Shown here: positions 47,567 to 55,036 of the stretch, piece after piece
Layout: every line of letters begins with the position of its first letter
How positions within the stretch are numbered: position 1 is the first letter of the stretch
NCBI GenBank assembly: GCA_964632175.1
Contig: CAZWBJ010000006.1
Coordinates: 1-55,036 of the forward strand
DNA: 55,036 bases
DNA from: Candidatus Hadarchaeota archaeon
GTDB lineage: Archaea > Hadarchaeota > Hadarchaeia > Hadarchaeales > JAWBSP01
Reading direction: 5' to 3'
Translations under genes and position numbers: made by a program
The notes under the pieces: model-generated
Told to the model about the DNA's origin: nothing
Seen by the model: the letters and a program-made list of their open reading frames with translations, nothing else
Databases searched by the model: none

Positions 47567-48361
47567 ATAAATCAGAACCGAGTAAACCGAGGGGAGTTTG
47601 CGGATTTCCTCGATTACCTTGCCGGGGATGGGTCGGTCGGTGATGATGGTGAGTTTGGGCTGCGTGGTGAGATGCGGGTCATCGGCCACCGCCTGCCGGA
47701 TGTTTATTCCCCTGCTCGAGATGGCTCCCACAAGCTCTTTCAGAACTCCCGGCCGGCTGGCGTCTTTGGGGATTATCTCCAAGACTCCCCATCCCAGCTC
47801 TTTCCCCACGTCCCGGAGGTAGGGCAGGGGGCGGAGGTTGGTGAACACGGTACGTAGCTTTTCATCGCCTAGGATCCTCTTGACGGTCGCTGCCACCGTT
47901 CTCCTGTCCGTCCCGGCCGCCTTGGCGAGGGAAAGGGAGGTAATGCGCATATCCCCGCACTTTATCCTTCCCCTTTCATCGACCCTCAGCCCGTGGAGGA
48001 AGAGGGTCCTCGCCACTGCCAGCTCCCCCGGGTAACCCTTGAAGGCCTCCTCGATCTGGCTCCAGAACCTCACCCCCCCAATTCTTTTCGTTTCCTCCCC
48101 CAAACCTCCGCTGATGACCACCCTCATGAAGGTCTCCACAAAGTTTGGGTCGAGCCCCAGCCTCCCGCCCTCGATCCTGGCCCTCCTCAGCACCTCCCTC
48201 TCCCTTCTTTCGTCCCTCAGCTCTTTTCCGAGTTTTTTCTTGAGGCGTGCCGTTTCCCCCGCCAGCTTCACCCGTTCCGCCAGTAATTGTAGAAGTTCCC
48301 CGTCAATCTCGTCAATCCGCTTTCTTATCCTCACCAGCGTCTCCTCACTCAATCCTGGCAC
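47564..48361 (-). CDS. Chorismate mutase (AroQ) :: TrpY-family (HTH+ACT) regulator fusion
   Basis: N-terminal IRKRIDEID..LLAERV..K..RDERRE (AroQ); C-terminal FWSQIEEAFKGYP..GTDRRTV..INIRQAVADDP..KLTIITDRPIPG (TrpY/COG2150). Confidence 0.88.
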   Translation of the reverse strand: MPGLSEETLVRIRKRIDEIDGELLQLLAERVKLAGETARLKKKLGKELRDERREREVLRRARIEGGRLGLDPNFVETFMRVVISGGLGEETKRIGGVRFWSQIEEAFKGYPGELAVARTLFLHGLRVDERGRIKCGDMRITSLSLAKAAGTDRRTVAATVKRILGDEKLRTVFTNLRPLPYLRDVGKELGWGVLEIIPKDASRPGVLKELVGAISSRGINIRQAVADDPHLTTQPKLTIITDRPIPGKVIEEIRKLPSVYSVLIY

Positions 48362-49199
48362 CCCCCCTCGACGGGCACGTGACGATGATTCTCCCTTCTC
48401 TTTTGCCCCACACCTCTTTTATCTCCTCCACATCTCGGGGGTGGGCGATGGCGGCAACGGCCGGCCCCTTTCCCGTGAGTCCAGCCGCGACTGCCCCCTT
48501 TGAAATGGCTTCTAGGGCGATCCTATGATCCTGGTTGAGGGCGTGTGAGTAGAGCAAGCCGTTGAGGGTCATGGCCCCGAAAATGTTTCCAAGAAGGGCC
48601 TGTTTGTGGGCCACCTCCACCAGGTCTGCTATGCTCCGGAAGGAAGAGGGGCGCACCTTGGAGGTGTAGAGCTTCGAGGGAGGGACGAAGATCACCACCC
48701 TGTAGGAGGGCGGAAGCTCGAATCTCCTGAGGATCCTCCTCCTAAGGTTGTCGGTGATCACCCCGCAGCCCAGCAAGGAGGCGGCGGCGTCATCGAAGGC
48801 GCCCGTGAGGGTCACACCCGCCTCGAAGGATGCCTCAATCCCGAGCCTCAGGACCTCCCTCCATTCAGGCTCCACGCCCAAACTCGCCAGCGTGGCCAGA
48901 ACCGCCGCGTTCGCCGCCGCGCTGCTGCTGGAGAGCCCAACCGCAACTGGAATTTCGGAGTAGGTCCTAATTCTTGCCCCGCACCTCTTCCCGTACTTCT
49001 GGAGGACTTTCCTGACGCACAGCTCCACGAGCTTCGGGCTCTCTCGATGTCCCACCACCTCTCCTCTAACCTTGGTACCGGTGGGGTCGAGTTCAACCTC
49101 TGCTCTCAGCCTGAGCTCCACGCCGAAGGCTGCGCCCTTGCCCGTTGCCATGGCGTTAACGACGGTGACGGAGGCGCAGGAGGAAGCGGTTCCCTTCAA
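48345..49199 (-). CDS. aroK: Archaeal (GHMP-type) shikimate kinase
   Basis: [39 protein letters not shown]. Confidence 0.93.
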   Translation of the reverse strand: MKGTASSCASVTVVNAMATGKGAAFGVELRLRAEVELDPTGTKVRGEVVGHRESPKLVELCVRKVLQKYGKRCGARIRTYSEIPVAVGLSSSSAAANAAVLATLASLGVEPEWREVLRLGIEASFEAGVTLTGAFDDAAASLLGCGVITDNLRRRILRRFELPPSYRVVIFVPPSKLYTSKVRPSSFRSIADLVEVAHKQALLGNIFGAMTLNGLLYSHALNQDHRIALEAISKGAVAAGLTGKGPAVAAIAHPRDVEEIKEVWGKREGRIIVTCPSRGGARIE

Positions 49200-50290
49200 G
49201 CGAAGCGGTCAGGGTTTACCTTTCCAGCCCTCAGCAGGTGATCCGCAAGCACCAGGGCCAGCATGGCCTCTGCGACCGGCACGATTCTGGGGCAAAGGTT
49301 GGGGTCGAAGCGTCCCTTCAGCCTTATCTCCGTCTCCTTCATGGTGGACAGGTCCACCGTCCGCTGGGGCAGTGAGATGGATGGGGTGGGCTTGACGGCC
49401 AGCCTGACCCTGATGGGGCCGCCCACGCTTATCCCGCCGAGAATTCCTCCCGCCCGGTTTCCCCCAAGGGCGGGTTTACCCCCCACGAGGACGATGGGGT
49501 CGTTCGCCTGGGACCCCCGCATGCGGGCGACGGAGAACCCGGCCCCTATCTCCACACCCTTCACCCCCCCGATGGACATCATGGCCTTCGCAATGTCGGC
49601 GTCGAGCTTGTCGAAAACCGGCTCCCCCAGTCCGGGCGGAACGTTTACGGCTACGACCTCCACAATTCCTCCCGTGCTGTCCCCCTCCTTCCAAGCCTTT
49701 AGAACCTCCTCCTCCATTTTTTTTGCCACCTCCGGGTCGGCACACCTCATAGGGTTGGTTTCCGCGTTTCTCCGGATCTCCTCCCAGCTCACCTCCCTGC
49801 CAACCGAGATTCCCGCGGCCTCAACAGTGTGGGCGGCGATCTCCACCCCTTGGCTGACGAGGAGTTTCTTCGCCACGGCACCGGCGGCAACCCTCCCAAC
49901 CGTCTCTCTCCCCGCTGCCCTCCCCCCGCCCCGGTAGTCCACGTGACCGTACTTCAGCCAGTAGGAGAGGTCGGCGTGTCCCGGTCTCGGCTTATACTTG
50001 AACTTTTCGTAGTCCTCCGACCTCGCCTCCACGTTCTCCACCACCATGCAGATGGGGGTTCCAAGGGTTCTTCCCTCAAAGACGCCAGACAGTATCCTCA
50101 CACGGTCCGGTTCCCTCCTCGGGCTCGTTACCTTCGACTGCCCCGGTCTCCTCCTGTCCAGCTCCCTTTGAATCTCCTCCTCGCTCAGGGGCATCCCTGC
50201 TGGGACTCCTTCGACTACCACCCCAACGGCTGGACCATGGGACTCCCCAAAGGTTGTGACGCGAAACACCTTCCCAAAGGAGCTTCCCAT
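49196..50290 (-). CDS. aroC: Chorismate synthase
   Basis: [38 protein letters not shown]; start trimmed to MGSSFG. Confidence 0.97.
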   Translation of the reverse strand: MGSSFGKVFRVTTFGESHGPAVGVVVEGVPAGMPLSEEEIQRELDRRRPGQSKVTSPRREPDRVRILSGVFEGRTLGTPICMVVENVEARSEDYEKFKYKPRPGHADLSYWLKYGHVDYRGGGRAAGRETVGRVAAGAVAKKLLVSQGVEIAAHTVEAAGISVGREVSWEEIRRNAETNPMRCADPEVAKKMEEEVLKAWKEGDSTGGIVEVVAVNVPPGLGEPVFDKLDADIAKAMMSIGGVKGVEIGAGFSVARMRGSQANDPIVLVGGKPALGGNRAGGILGGISVGGPIRVRLAVKPTPSISLPQRTVDLSTMKETEIRLKGRFDPNLCPRIVPVAEAMLALVLADHLLRAGKVNPDRFA

Positions 50291-50384
50291 CTCAAAATCC
50301 ACCAGAGCTATAACCTGTTTTTTCTGAAATTCGCCGGACAGATCAGTTTTCTCCTTTATAAGCGGGCTCCCACCAAGAGACGGG

Positions 50385-51512
50385 ATGCAAAGGTACGATA
50401 TCGTGGTGGTGGGGGCGGGTCCCGCTGGCCTCTCCTTCGCTCGAGCAGCGTCGGCCGAGGCGAGGGTTCTTGTGTGCGAGATGCAGGCCTCGGTTGGCGG
50501 AAACACTTTCTCCACTTGGCTGCCGAGGGACGCCCTGCCGGGGGAACTGGCGAGGGCGGTGGTTCAGAGGACCAAGGAGGTCAAAGTGAGGGGACCGAAA
50601 TCCGAACTGGCTTCTAGGGTGGAGGGTGTGGTTCTGGACTGGAAGTGGGTGGTCAGGCTCCTCGCGCTCGAGGCGAGAAGGAGGGGGGCGGAGATATGGA
50701 CAAGCAGCCCCGCCAAGGAGCTCCTCCTGAAGGAGGGGAAGGCGGTGGGGGTGCGGCTGGAGGCAGGCTCGTGGAGGGAGGAGGTCAGGAGCGAGGTCGT
50801 GGTGGACGCGAGCGGCTGCTCCAGCGAATGGTCGGGCCTCTTCCCCCGGCTGCTCGGGAGAAAGCCCAAGCCGGAGGAAACGGTCTTCTCGGGGGAGCAC
50901 CTCCTAGCAGGCGCCGACCCTGAGGACTCGGTGGAGTTCCACTTCGGTTCCTACCTCGCGCCGCTGGGGAACGGCTGGGTTCACCCTTTTGGCAGCGGCT
51001 TCGCTGTTGCAGGAATTCAGGGCCTGAGAATTCACCCCGAAGCCTCGCTGGACGAGTTTGTCGCCAAGGTCCGGAGGCTCGGCCGGGCGGCACCCGTTGC
51101 CTCCACTAGGGGCATGGCGGTGGATGTCTCCTTGGAGAGTTTCTGCTCGGACGGGATCTTGGCGATTGGGGGGGCAGGCTGGCAGGTGCTGGCCCTATCC
51201 CGCGGCGGTCTCCTTCAGGCCATGAAGGCGGGGGAGATGGCCGCAAAGGTGGTCTTGGAGGCGCTGACCGAGGGAGATGTTTCCAAGGAGGGTCTCTCGG
51301 AGTACGAGAGGCTCTGGAGGAGGGAGCTCGGTCCGGACTTCGAGCTTGAGAGGGCGCTTTACTCCGCCCTGTCGCGGTCTTGGGATCAGAACGTGGAGAG
51401 GCTGCTGGAAGGGATGGAGAGGGAGCCGGCTCTCCTCAGGGACTTTGCAGCGCTTCTCGCAGGGGTGGAGCCGGGAAGGGCAGCGAAGAAGCTTCTAGAA
51501 GTGCTGGGCTGA
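50385..51512 (+). CDS. Geranylgeranyl reductase-family flavoprotein, degenerate
   Basis: VVVGAGPAG Rossmann motif, [23 protein letters not shown]; the GDAAG motif is altered. Confidence 0.75.
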   Translation: MQRYDIVVVGAGPAGLSFARAASAEARVLVCEMQASVGGNTFSTWLPRDALPGELARAVVQRTKEVKVRGPKSELASRVEGVVLDWKWVVRLLALEARRRGAEIWTSSPAKELLLKEGKAVGVRLEAGSWREEVRSEVVVDASGCSSEWSGLFPRLLGRKPKPEETVFSGEHLLAGADPEDSVEFHFGSYLAPLGNGWVHPFGSGFAVAGIQGLRIHPEASLDEFVAKVRRLGRAAPVASTRGMAVDVSLESFCSDGILAIGGAGWQVLALSRGGLLQAMKAGEMAAKVVLEALTEGDVSKEGLSEYERLWRRELGPDFELERALYSALSRSWDQNVERLLEGMEREPALLRDFAALLAGVEPGRAAKKLLEVLG

Positions 51513-51516
51513 GAGG

Positions 51517-52365
51517 ATGCGGTGCCCCTCCTGCGGGTCGTCCGCAATCTTCCGCGATCTTGTCAGGGGGGAGGAGGTCTGCACGAGGTGCGGTCTGGTG
51601 ATCTTGGAGAAGCTCCCCGAGGCCAGGAGGGAGTTCCACGAGGTCAACCTCTGTGCAGATATCGGCATGGGGGAGGATCCCTCCGTTCACGATTTCGGTC
51701 TCGGGAGCCAGTTCAGCATCCCCAGAGAGCTGCCCCCCAGCACGAGGGCTAGGCTGAGAAGGATGAAGGGCCTTCAGTCCAGGCTGAGGGCCCCAACCTG
51801 GGAGGAGAGGACGCTCAGGGGCTCCCTGATCGTCATCAACCGCCTCTGCAAGGAACTCGGCCTACCCGGGGAGATGAAGAGGGAGGTCTGCTACCTCTAC
51901 CGGAAGGCTAGGTCGAAGGGGCTTACCGTAGGCAGGAACCATCTCGTGCTCTCCCTCGCCCTCTGCCACATCGTCTGCAGGCTCAGGGGCTTCCCGAGGA
52001 GGGAGCGGGACATGCTCGAATTCTTGGTTCAGAAGGGGATGGAGGAGAAGAGGGCACGCTGGACTTTTAGGAGGACCTTGAAAGCCCTGTGCACCGGCTT
52101 GGAGGTGAAGCTCCCCCGTTCTGTTGCATCCGAGTATGTGGACAGGTATGCCTCCCTCCTCAACCTTCCGCTGGAGGTCGCGGGCAGGGCGAGGCAGATA
52201 TGCTCGAGGACGAGGCTGACCAGATCCCCCCACGTGCTGGCCTGCGCCGCCATCTATAGGGCAGCCCGGGAAATGAACTATAAGCTGACCCTGCGCGAGC
52301 TGGAACAGCGGGTGGGGGTGAGTATTTCCAACCTCTCCCAGGCTGTAACGCTGCTTGAAGGTTGA
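51517..52365 (+). CDS. Divergent TFIIB/TFB-family protein
   Basis: Zn ribbon CPSC...GEEVCTRCGLV, HDFGLGS, cyclin repeats LYRKARSKGLTVGR and YVDRYASLL, RSPHVLACAAIY. Confidence 0.85.
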   Translation: MRCPSCGSSAIFRDLVRGEEVCTRCGLVILEKLPEARREFHEVNLCADIGMGEDPSVHDFGLGSQFSIPRELPPSTRARLRRMKGLQSRLRAPTWEERTLRGSLIVINRLCKELGLPGEMKREVCYLYRKARSKGLTVGRNHLVLSLALCHIVCRLRGFPRRERDMLEFLVQKGMEEKRARWTFRRTLKALCTGLEVKLPRSVASEYVDRYASLLNLPLEVAGRARQICSRTRLTRSPHVLACAAIYRAAREMNYKLTLRELEQRVGVSISNLSQAVTLLEG

Positions 52366-52899
52366 TTAACCTGGCCTAGGCAAGCGTGCCCCGAACTGCG
52401 GGATGACGATGTTTCCTACCTTTCTAGTTTTTCCCTCCAGCCAGAGCTTTCCCGTGAAGGCCGCGAGGGCCGCGTCGATTTCGTGCTCGCACGGGTTCTC
52501 CAGCGGGTATCCCGCCTCCCGTAGTTCCTCCACCCACCTCTCCCTCTCGCCGGTTCCGAAAAGAATGAGGCCCGAGGTCCGCGGGTGAACCTCGATGACC
52601 TTTGTCTTTTTCCTGAGCCGAGCCGCCAGTCTCATCCCCCTGCGCGTGAGGAGCCTCATTCCGGAGAAGAGCGGGGGAAAGACCCTGAAGCCTATTTGGA
52701 TGAGTTCCCTGTCCCCCTTCCGGAGCTTTCCCTTCCTGGGGAGGCTCAGCGGGGCATCGATGGCCACGAGTTCGGCCCCCTCGCAGGCGCGAAGGATTTC
52801 CTCGTCGGTGAAGAGGAGGCGGGCGCGAAGGGTGGGTCCCAAAAGGGCTATTCCGGTCGGTCTCTTCTCGTCTCCCGCCAGGTCTATGCCCACGATCAA
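52366..52899 (-). CDS. DUF429 RNase H-fold predicted nuclease
   Basis: GIDLAG, AIDAPL, IEVHP, HEIDA; TTG start at 52899 overlapping the tiaS stop. Confidence 0.85.
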   Translation of the reverse strand: MIVGIDLAGDEKRPTGIALLGPTLRARLLFTDEEILRACEGAELVAIDAPLSLPRKGKLRKGDRELIQIGFRVFPPLFSGMRLLTRRGMRLAARLRKKTKVIEVHPRTSGLILFGTGERERWVEELREAGYPLENPCEHEIDAALAAFTGKLWLEGKTRKVGNIVIPQFGARLPRPG

Positions 52900-54164
52900 T
52901 AAACTCGACCCATCCTGATGAGCGGCTTCGAGAGGTGTCTGCGAGCCCGCGGCGGTACCTCGTAGAGGCCGGCGGAGAGCTTCCTTTCCACCTCCACGAG
53001 TTCCTGCGAGCCGGCCCCGGCCTTCTCCCCGCACCTCGGGCAGGAGTAGCCTTTGTCCTTCCCCTCCGACTTCATCCTCTTCCCGCAACGGGGGCACCTG
53101 GGGTTAAGCTTCTTGAAAGCGGGGGAGAGCTGGAGGATCTCAAGCTTCTCGAGATTCACGGTCAGGGGAAGGCCGGCCCTCTGCTTGGCCGCCCCGTACA
53201 CCCTCACCCTGTCCCCCACCCTGAGCGAGGAGGCAACGAACCTGAAATCCCTAGTGGGCTCGTAAGCCGCACAGTCTACCTCCGCCGTCCCGTCGGAGAT
53301 GGAGAAGATCACATGGCCGCCGGGGAGGATGCGGGGAGGGCGGGAGACGATCCCCTCGGCCACGACGGAGAGGAGGGGCTTGATCTCTCTGAGGTTCGGA
53401 ATCCTGACAAGGTGCTCGTCCGTGGCCTGATTGGTCTGGTAGATCTGGTAGAAATCCACCGGCTCCAGCGCCCTCACCATGGAGTGGGCCTCCAGCACCG
53501 CCTCCGGGCTTTCCCCCCTTATCCCGTAGAGAACGGGGCAGGGGGTATGGGGCGTGATCCTGATCTCGCCTGTGGTGGGGTCCAAGTTGTCGAAGGTCCG
53601 GGGGGAGGTTCTTTTGTCGATTTCGACCACGGAAGAAGGATCCACCTTCCTCGGCTTCCCCCAGAACTCGGGCCTCCTGTAGGCGAGGAGCTCGAAGGTG
53701 AAATCCTTGAGGGGATGTCCAACCGCGGCCAGCGCCCCGATGATTCCCCTGCCCAGCTTGAACCTGTGGATCTCGGCTCCCACCCTCTCCGCCAGCTCCT
53801 CGGCCTCCTCCAGCGTCACCACCTCCTGCACGGTCTTTCTTGAGAATGCCTGGAGCTCGGGCGGGACTTCACCCCTGTAGAAGACCACGCCGGGGTTGGT
53901 GGATTCTACCTCCAGTTCGGCAAGCTCCTCTACGGTCTGAAGTGCGATTTCCTCGGCCGCCGGCGTGTCCTCGCAGAGGAGGCATATGGAGCAGTTTCCT
54001 CTCGTCTTCCAAGGTATGTTGGGGTTGAGGCGAATGAGACGGGGAAAACCGAAAACTGGGATGCCCCTCTCCCTCAGCCTTCTGACAATCACCGCCCCAA
54101 CATAAGTGGTGCACATGCCCTTGCGCGAATCCGTGTCGTCCAAGCCGATTCTGAGGACCCCCAT
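52896..54164 (-). CDS. tiaS: tRNA(Ile2) agmatinylcytidine synthase
   Basis: IGLDDTDSRKGMCTTY, RLNPNIPWKTRGN, PHTPCPVLYGIRG, TNQATD, Zn ribbon, RRHLSKP. Confidence 0.97.
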   Translation of the reverse strand: MGVLRIGLDDTDSRKGMCTTYVGAVIVRRLRERGIPVFGFPRLIRLNPNIPWKTRGNCSICLLCEDTPAAEEIALQTVEELAELEVESTNPGVVFYRGEVPPELQAFSRKTVQEVVTLEEAEELAERVGAEIHRFKLGRGIIGALAAVGHPLKDFTFELLAYRRPEFWGKPRKVDPSSVVEIDKRTSPRTFDNLDPTTGEIRITPHTPCPVLYGIRGESPEAVLEAHSMVRALEPVDFYQIYQTNQATDEHLVRIPNLREIKPLLSVVAEGIVSRPPRILPGGHVIFSISDGTAEVDCAAYEPTRDFRFVASSLRVGDRVRVYGAAKQRAGLPLTVNLEKLEILQLSPAFKKLNPRCPRCGKRMKSEGKDKGYSCPRCGEKAGAGSQELVEVERKLSAGLYEVPPRARRHLSKPLIRMGRVY

Positions 54165-54210
54165 CCCCTTTTTCTGCGTGGTGCGGAAAGGTCGTTTTTA
54201 ACAGGAGGCA

Positions 54211-55036
54211 AAGTACTTCGACGAGGCGCCCGAGAGCAGGCTGGAGGACATATACGATTTCGAGGGGCGGGTGAGACAGCTTCGGGCCGCGATAAAAGGG
54301 GGGAACAGGTTCATGGTGATCCGAGGATTGAGGAGGAGAGGAAAAACCTCTCTCCTCCAATCCTGCCTGAACACGGAGGGAATCCCCTATCTGCTGGTCA
54401 CGAAAGGGTCTTTGCTGGGCGCCCCGTGATCACCAGGAGGAGCTCCTACGCCAGTTCGAGGTCTCTGAACGATGGGCTCTCCCGGGCAAGCCTCCCGAAG
54501 AAGCTTTTGGGCGCCTTAAAGGGTCCAAAGGGGGTCGAGATCTTCGTGGCTCATCTGAGGGTCTCATTGAGGTGGGCGCCCTCCTCCCAAGCCGCGAGTC
54601 CCCTGGAGATAGTCGAATCCCTTGGCAGAAGGCAGGCTCATCCTCGCCATCGATGAGGCGCAGGAGTTCAGGAAGCCCGCCGGCTACGATCTCACGGGCC
54701 TCCTTCCACATTTACGATTGTGCGCCGAACGTCCAGGTCATCGTCACGGGTTCCAAGATTGGCCTGCTGAGGGACTTGGAGAGGAAAACCCCCAGGCCCA
54801 CCTTTATGGAGGTTCAAGGTGGAGATCGAGCTTCCTTACCTCGATGAAATTCTAGGGAATTTCTGGAAAAGGGGGCGGAGCAGGCCGGGCTGAGGATCCC
54901 CAAGGATCTGCAGAGAAGGTGGTACGGGAAATGGACAGCATCATCGGGTGGCTAACCTTCTTCGGCGAAGTACAGAGCTCTGGGGAGGGCTGACGAGCGG
55001 GTGCTCCAGCGCGCGGTGAGGGAGGGGGCGAGGATG
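54211..55036 (+). pseudogene. Fragmented archaeal AAA+ ATPase (ATPase_2 family)
   Basis: YFDEAP..IYDFE and Walker A GLRRRGKTSLL in one frame with no start codon and a stop near 54429; Walker B LAIDEAQ, VIVTGSKIGLL and IIGWLTFFG appear in separate frame segments. Confidence 0.8.

Noticed and set aside
40687-54164. Functional link between pdaD (agmatine supply) and tiaS (agmatidine)
   Set aside because: Biochemically established, but the genes are about 12 kb apart in separate units; proximity is not informative.
1-55036. CRISPR arrays, transposases, integrases, inteins, selenocysteine read-through
   Set aside because: No regularly spaced repeats or mobile-element motifs seen; RtcB, TFB and the ATPases have normal lengths; no in-frame TGA in conserved Cys positions.

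Overview
Gene-dense, GC-rich archaeal chromosomal window. A Thermococci-like uL14 N-terminus, a pyruvoyl arginine decarboxylase, TrpY and the pilus module suggest a Thermococci-related euryarchaeote such as Hadarchaeota (inference only). Contents in order: (1) the 5' part of an Mrp-antiporter-coupled group 4 [NiFe] hydrogenase-like operon, which runs off the left edge; (2) a hydrogenase-maturation and metal block (hypF, idsA, nikR, two small unknown membrane proteins, hypEDC, dtxR-feoA fusion, feoB); (3) rtcB, a SPOUT methyltransferase and the S10/spc ribosomal cluster, which breaks after rpl24 and continues into a DJ-1/PfpI gene, a nucleoside deaminase and ahcY; (4) a eukaryote/Thaumarchaeota-type topoisomerase IB; (5) a type IV pilus locus (pilin, KaiC-like ATPase, unannotated Zn-finger microprotein, MinD, FlaI-like ATPase, FlaJ-like platform) next to a surface beta-propeller; (6) rpl44e-rps27e-aIF2a-nop10-PAC2, aspS, alba, thermosome, pdaD; (7) aroC-aroK-[chorismate mutase::TrpY fusion]-trpEGDCFBA; (8) a degenerate GGR-like flavoprotein, a divergent TFB, DUF429, tiaS and a decayed AAA ATPase. 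I saw no tRNA, rRNA, CRISPR array or transposase. Two candidate novel systems stand out. The first is a pair of paralogous small membrane proteins sharing a WGAx5V[ED]HL motif, preceded by a NikR-type operator (GTAATA-N16-TAATAC) that straddles their TATA box, which may be a new nickel-uptake module. The second is a chorismate mutase fused to the TrpY repressor directly upstream of paired TRP boxes and the trp operon; its junction is a G7 tract one base away from a split two-gene arrangement. All family assignments are from motif recognition by eye; no database searches were run.
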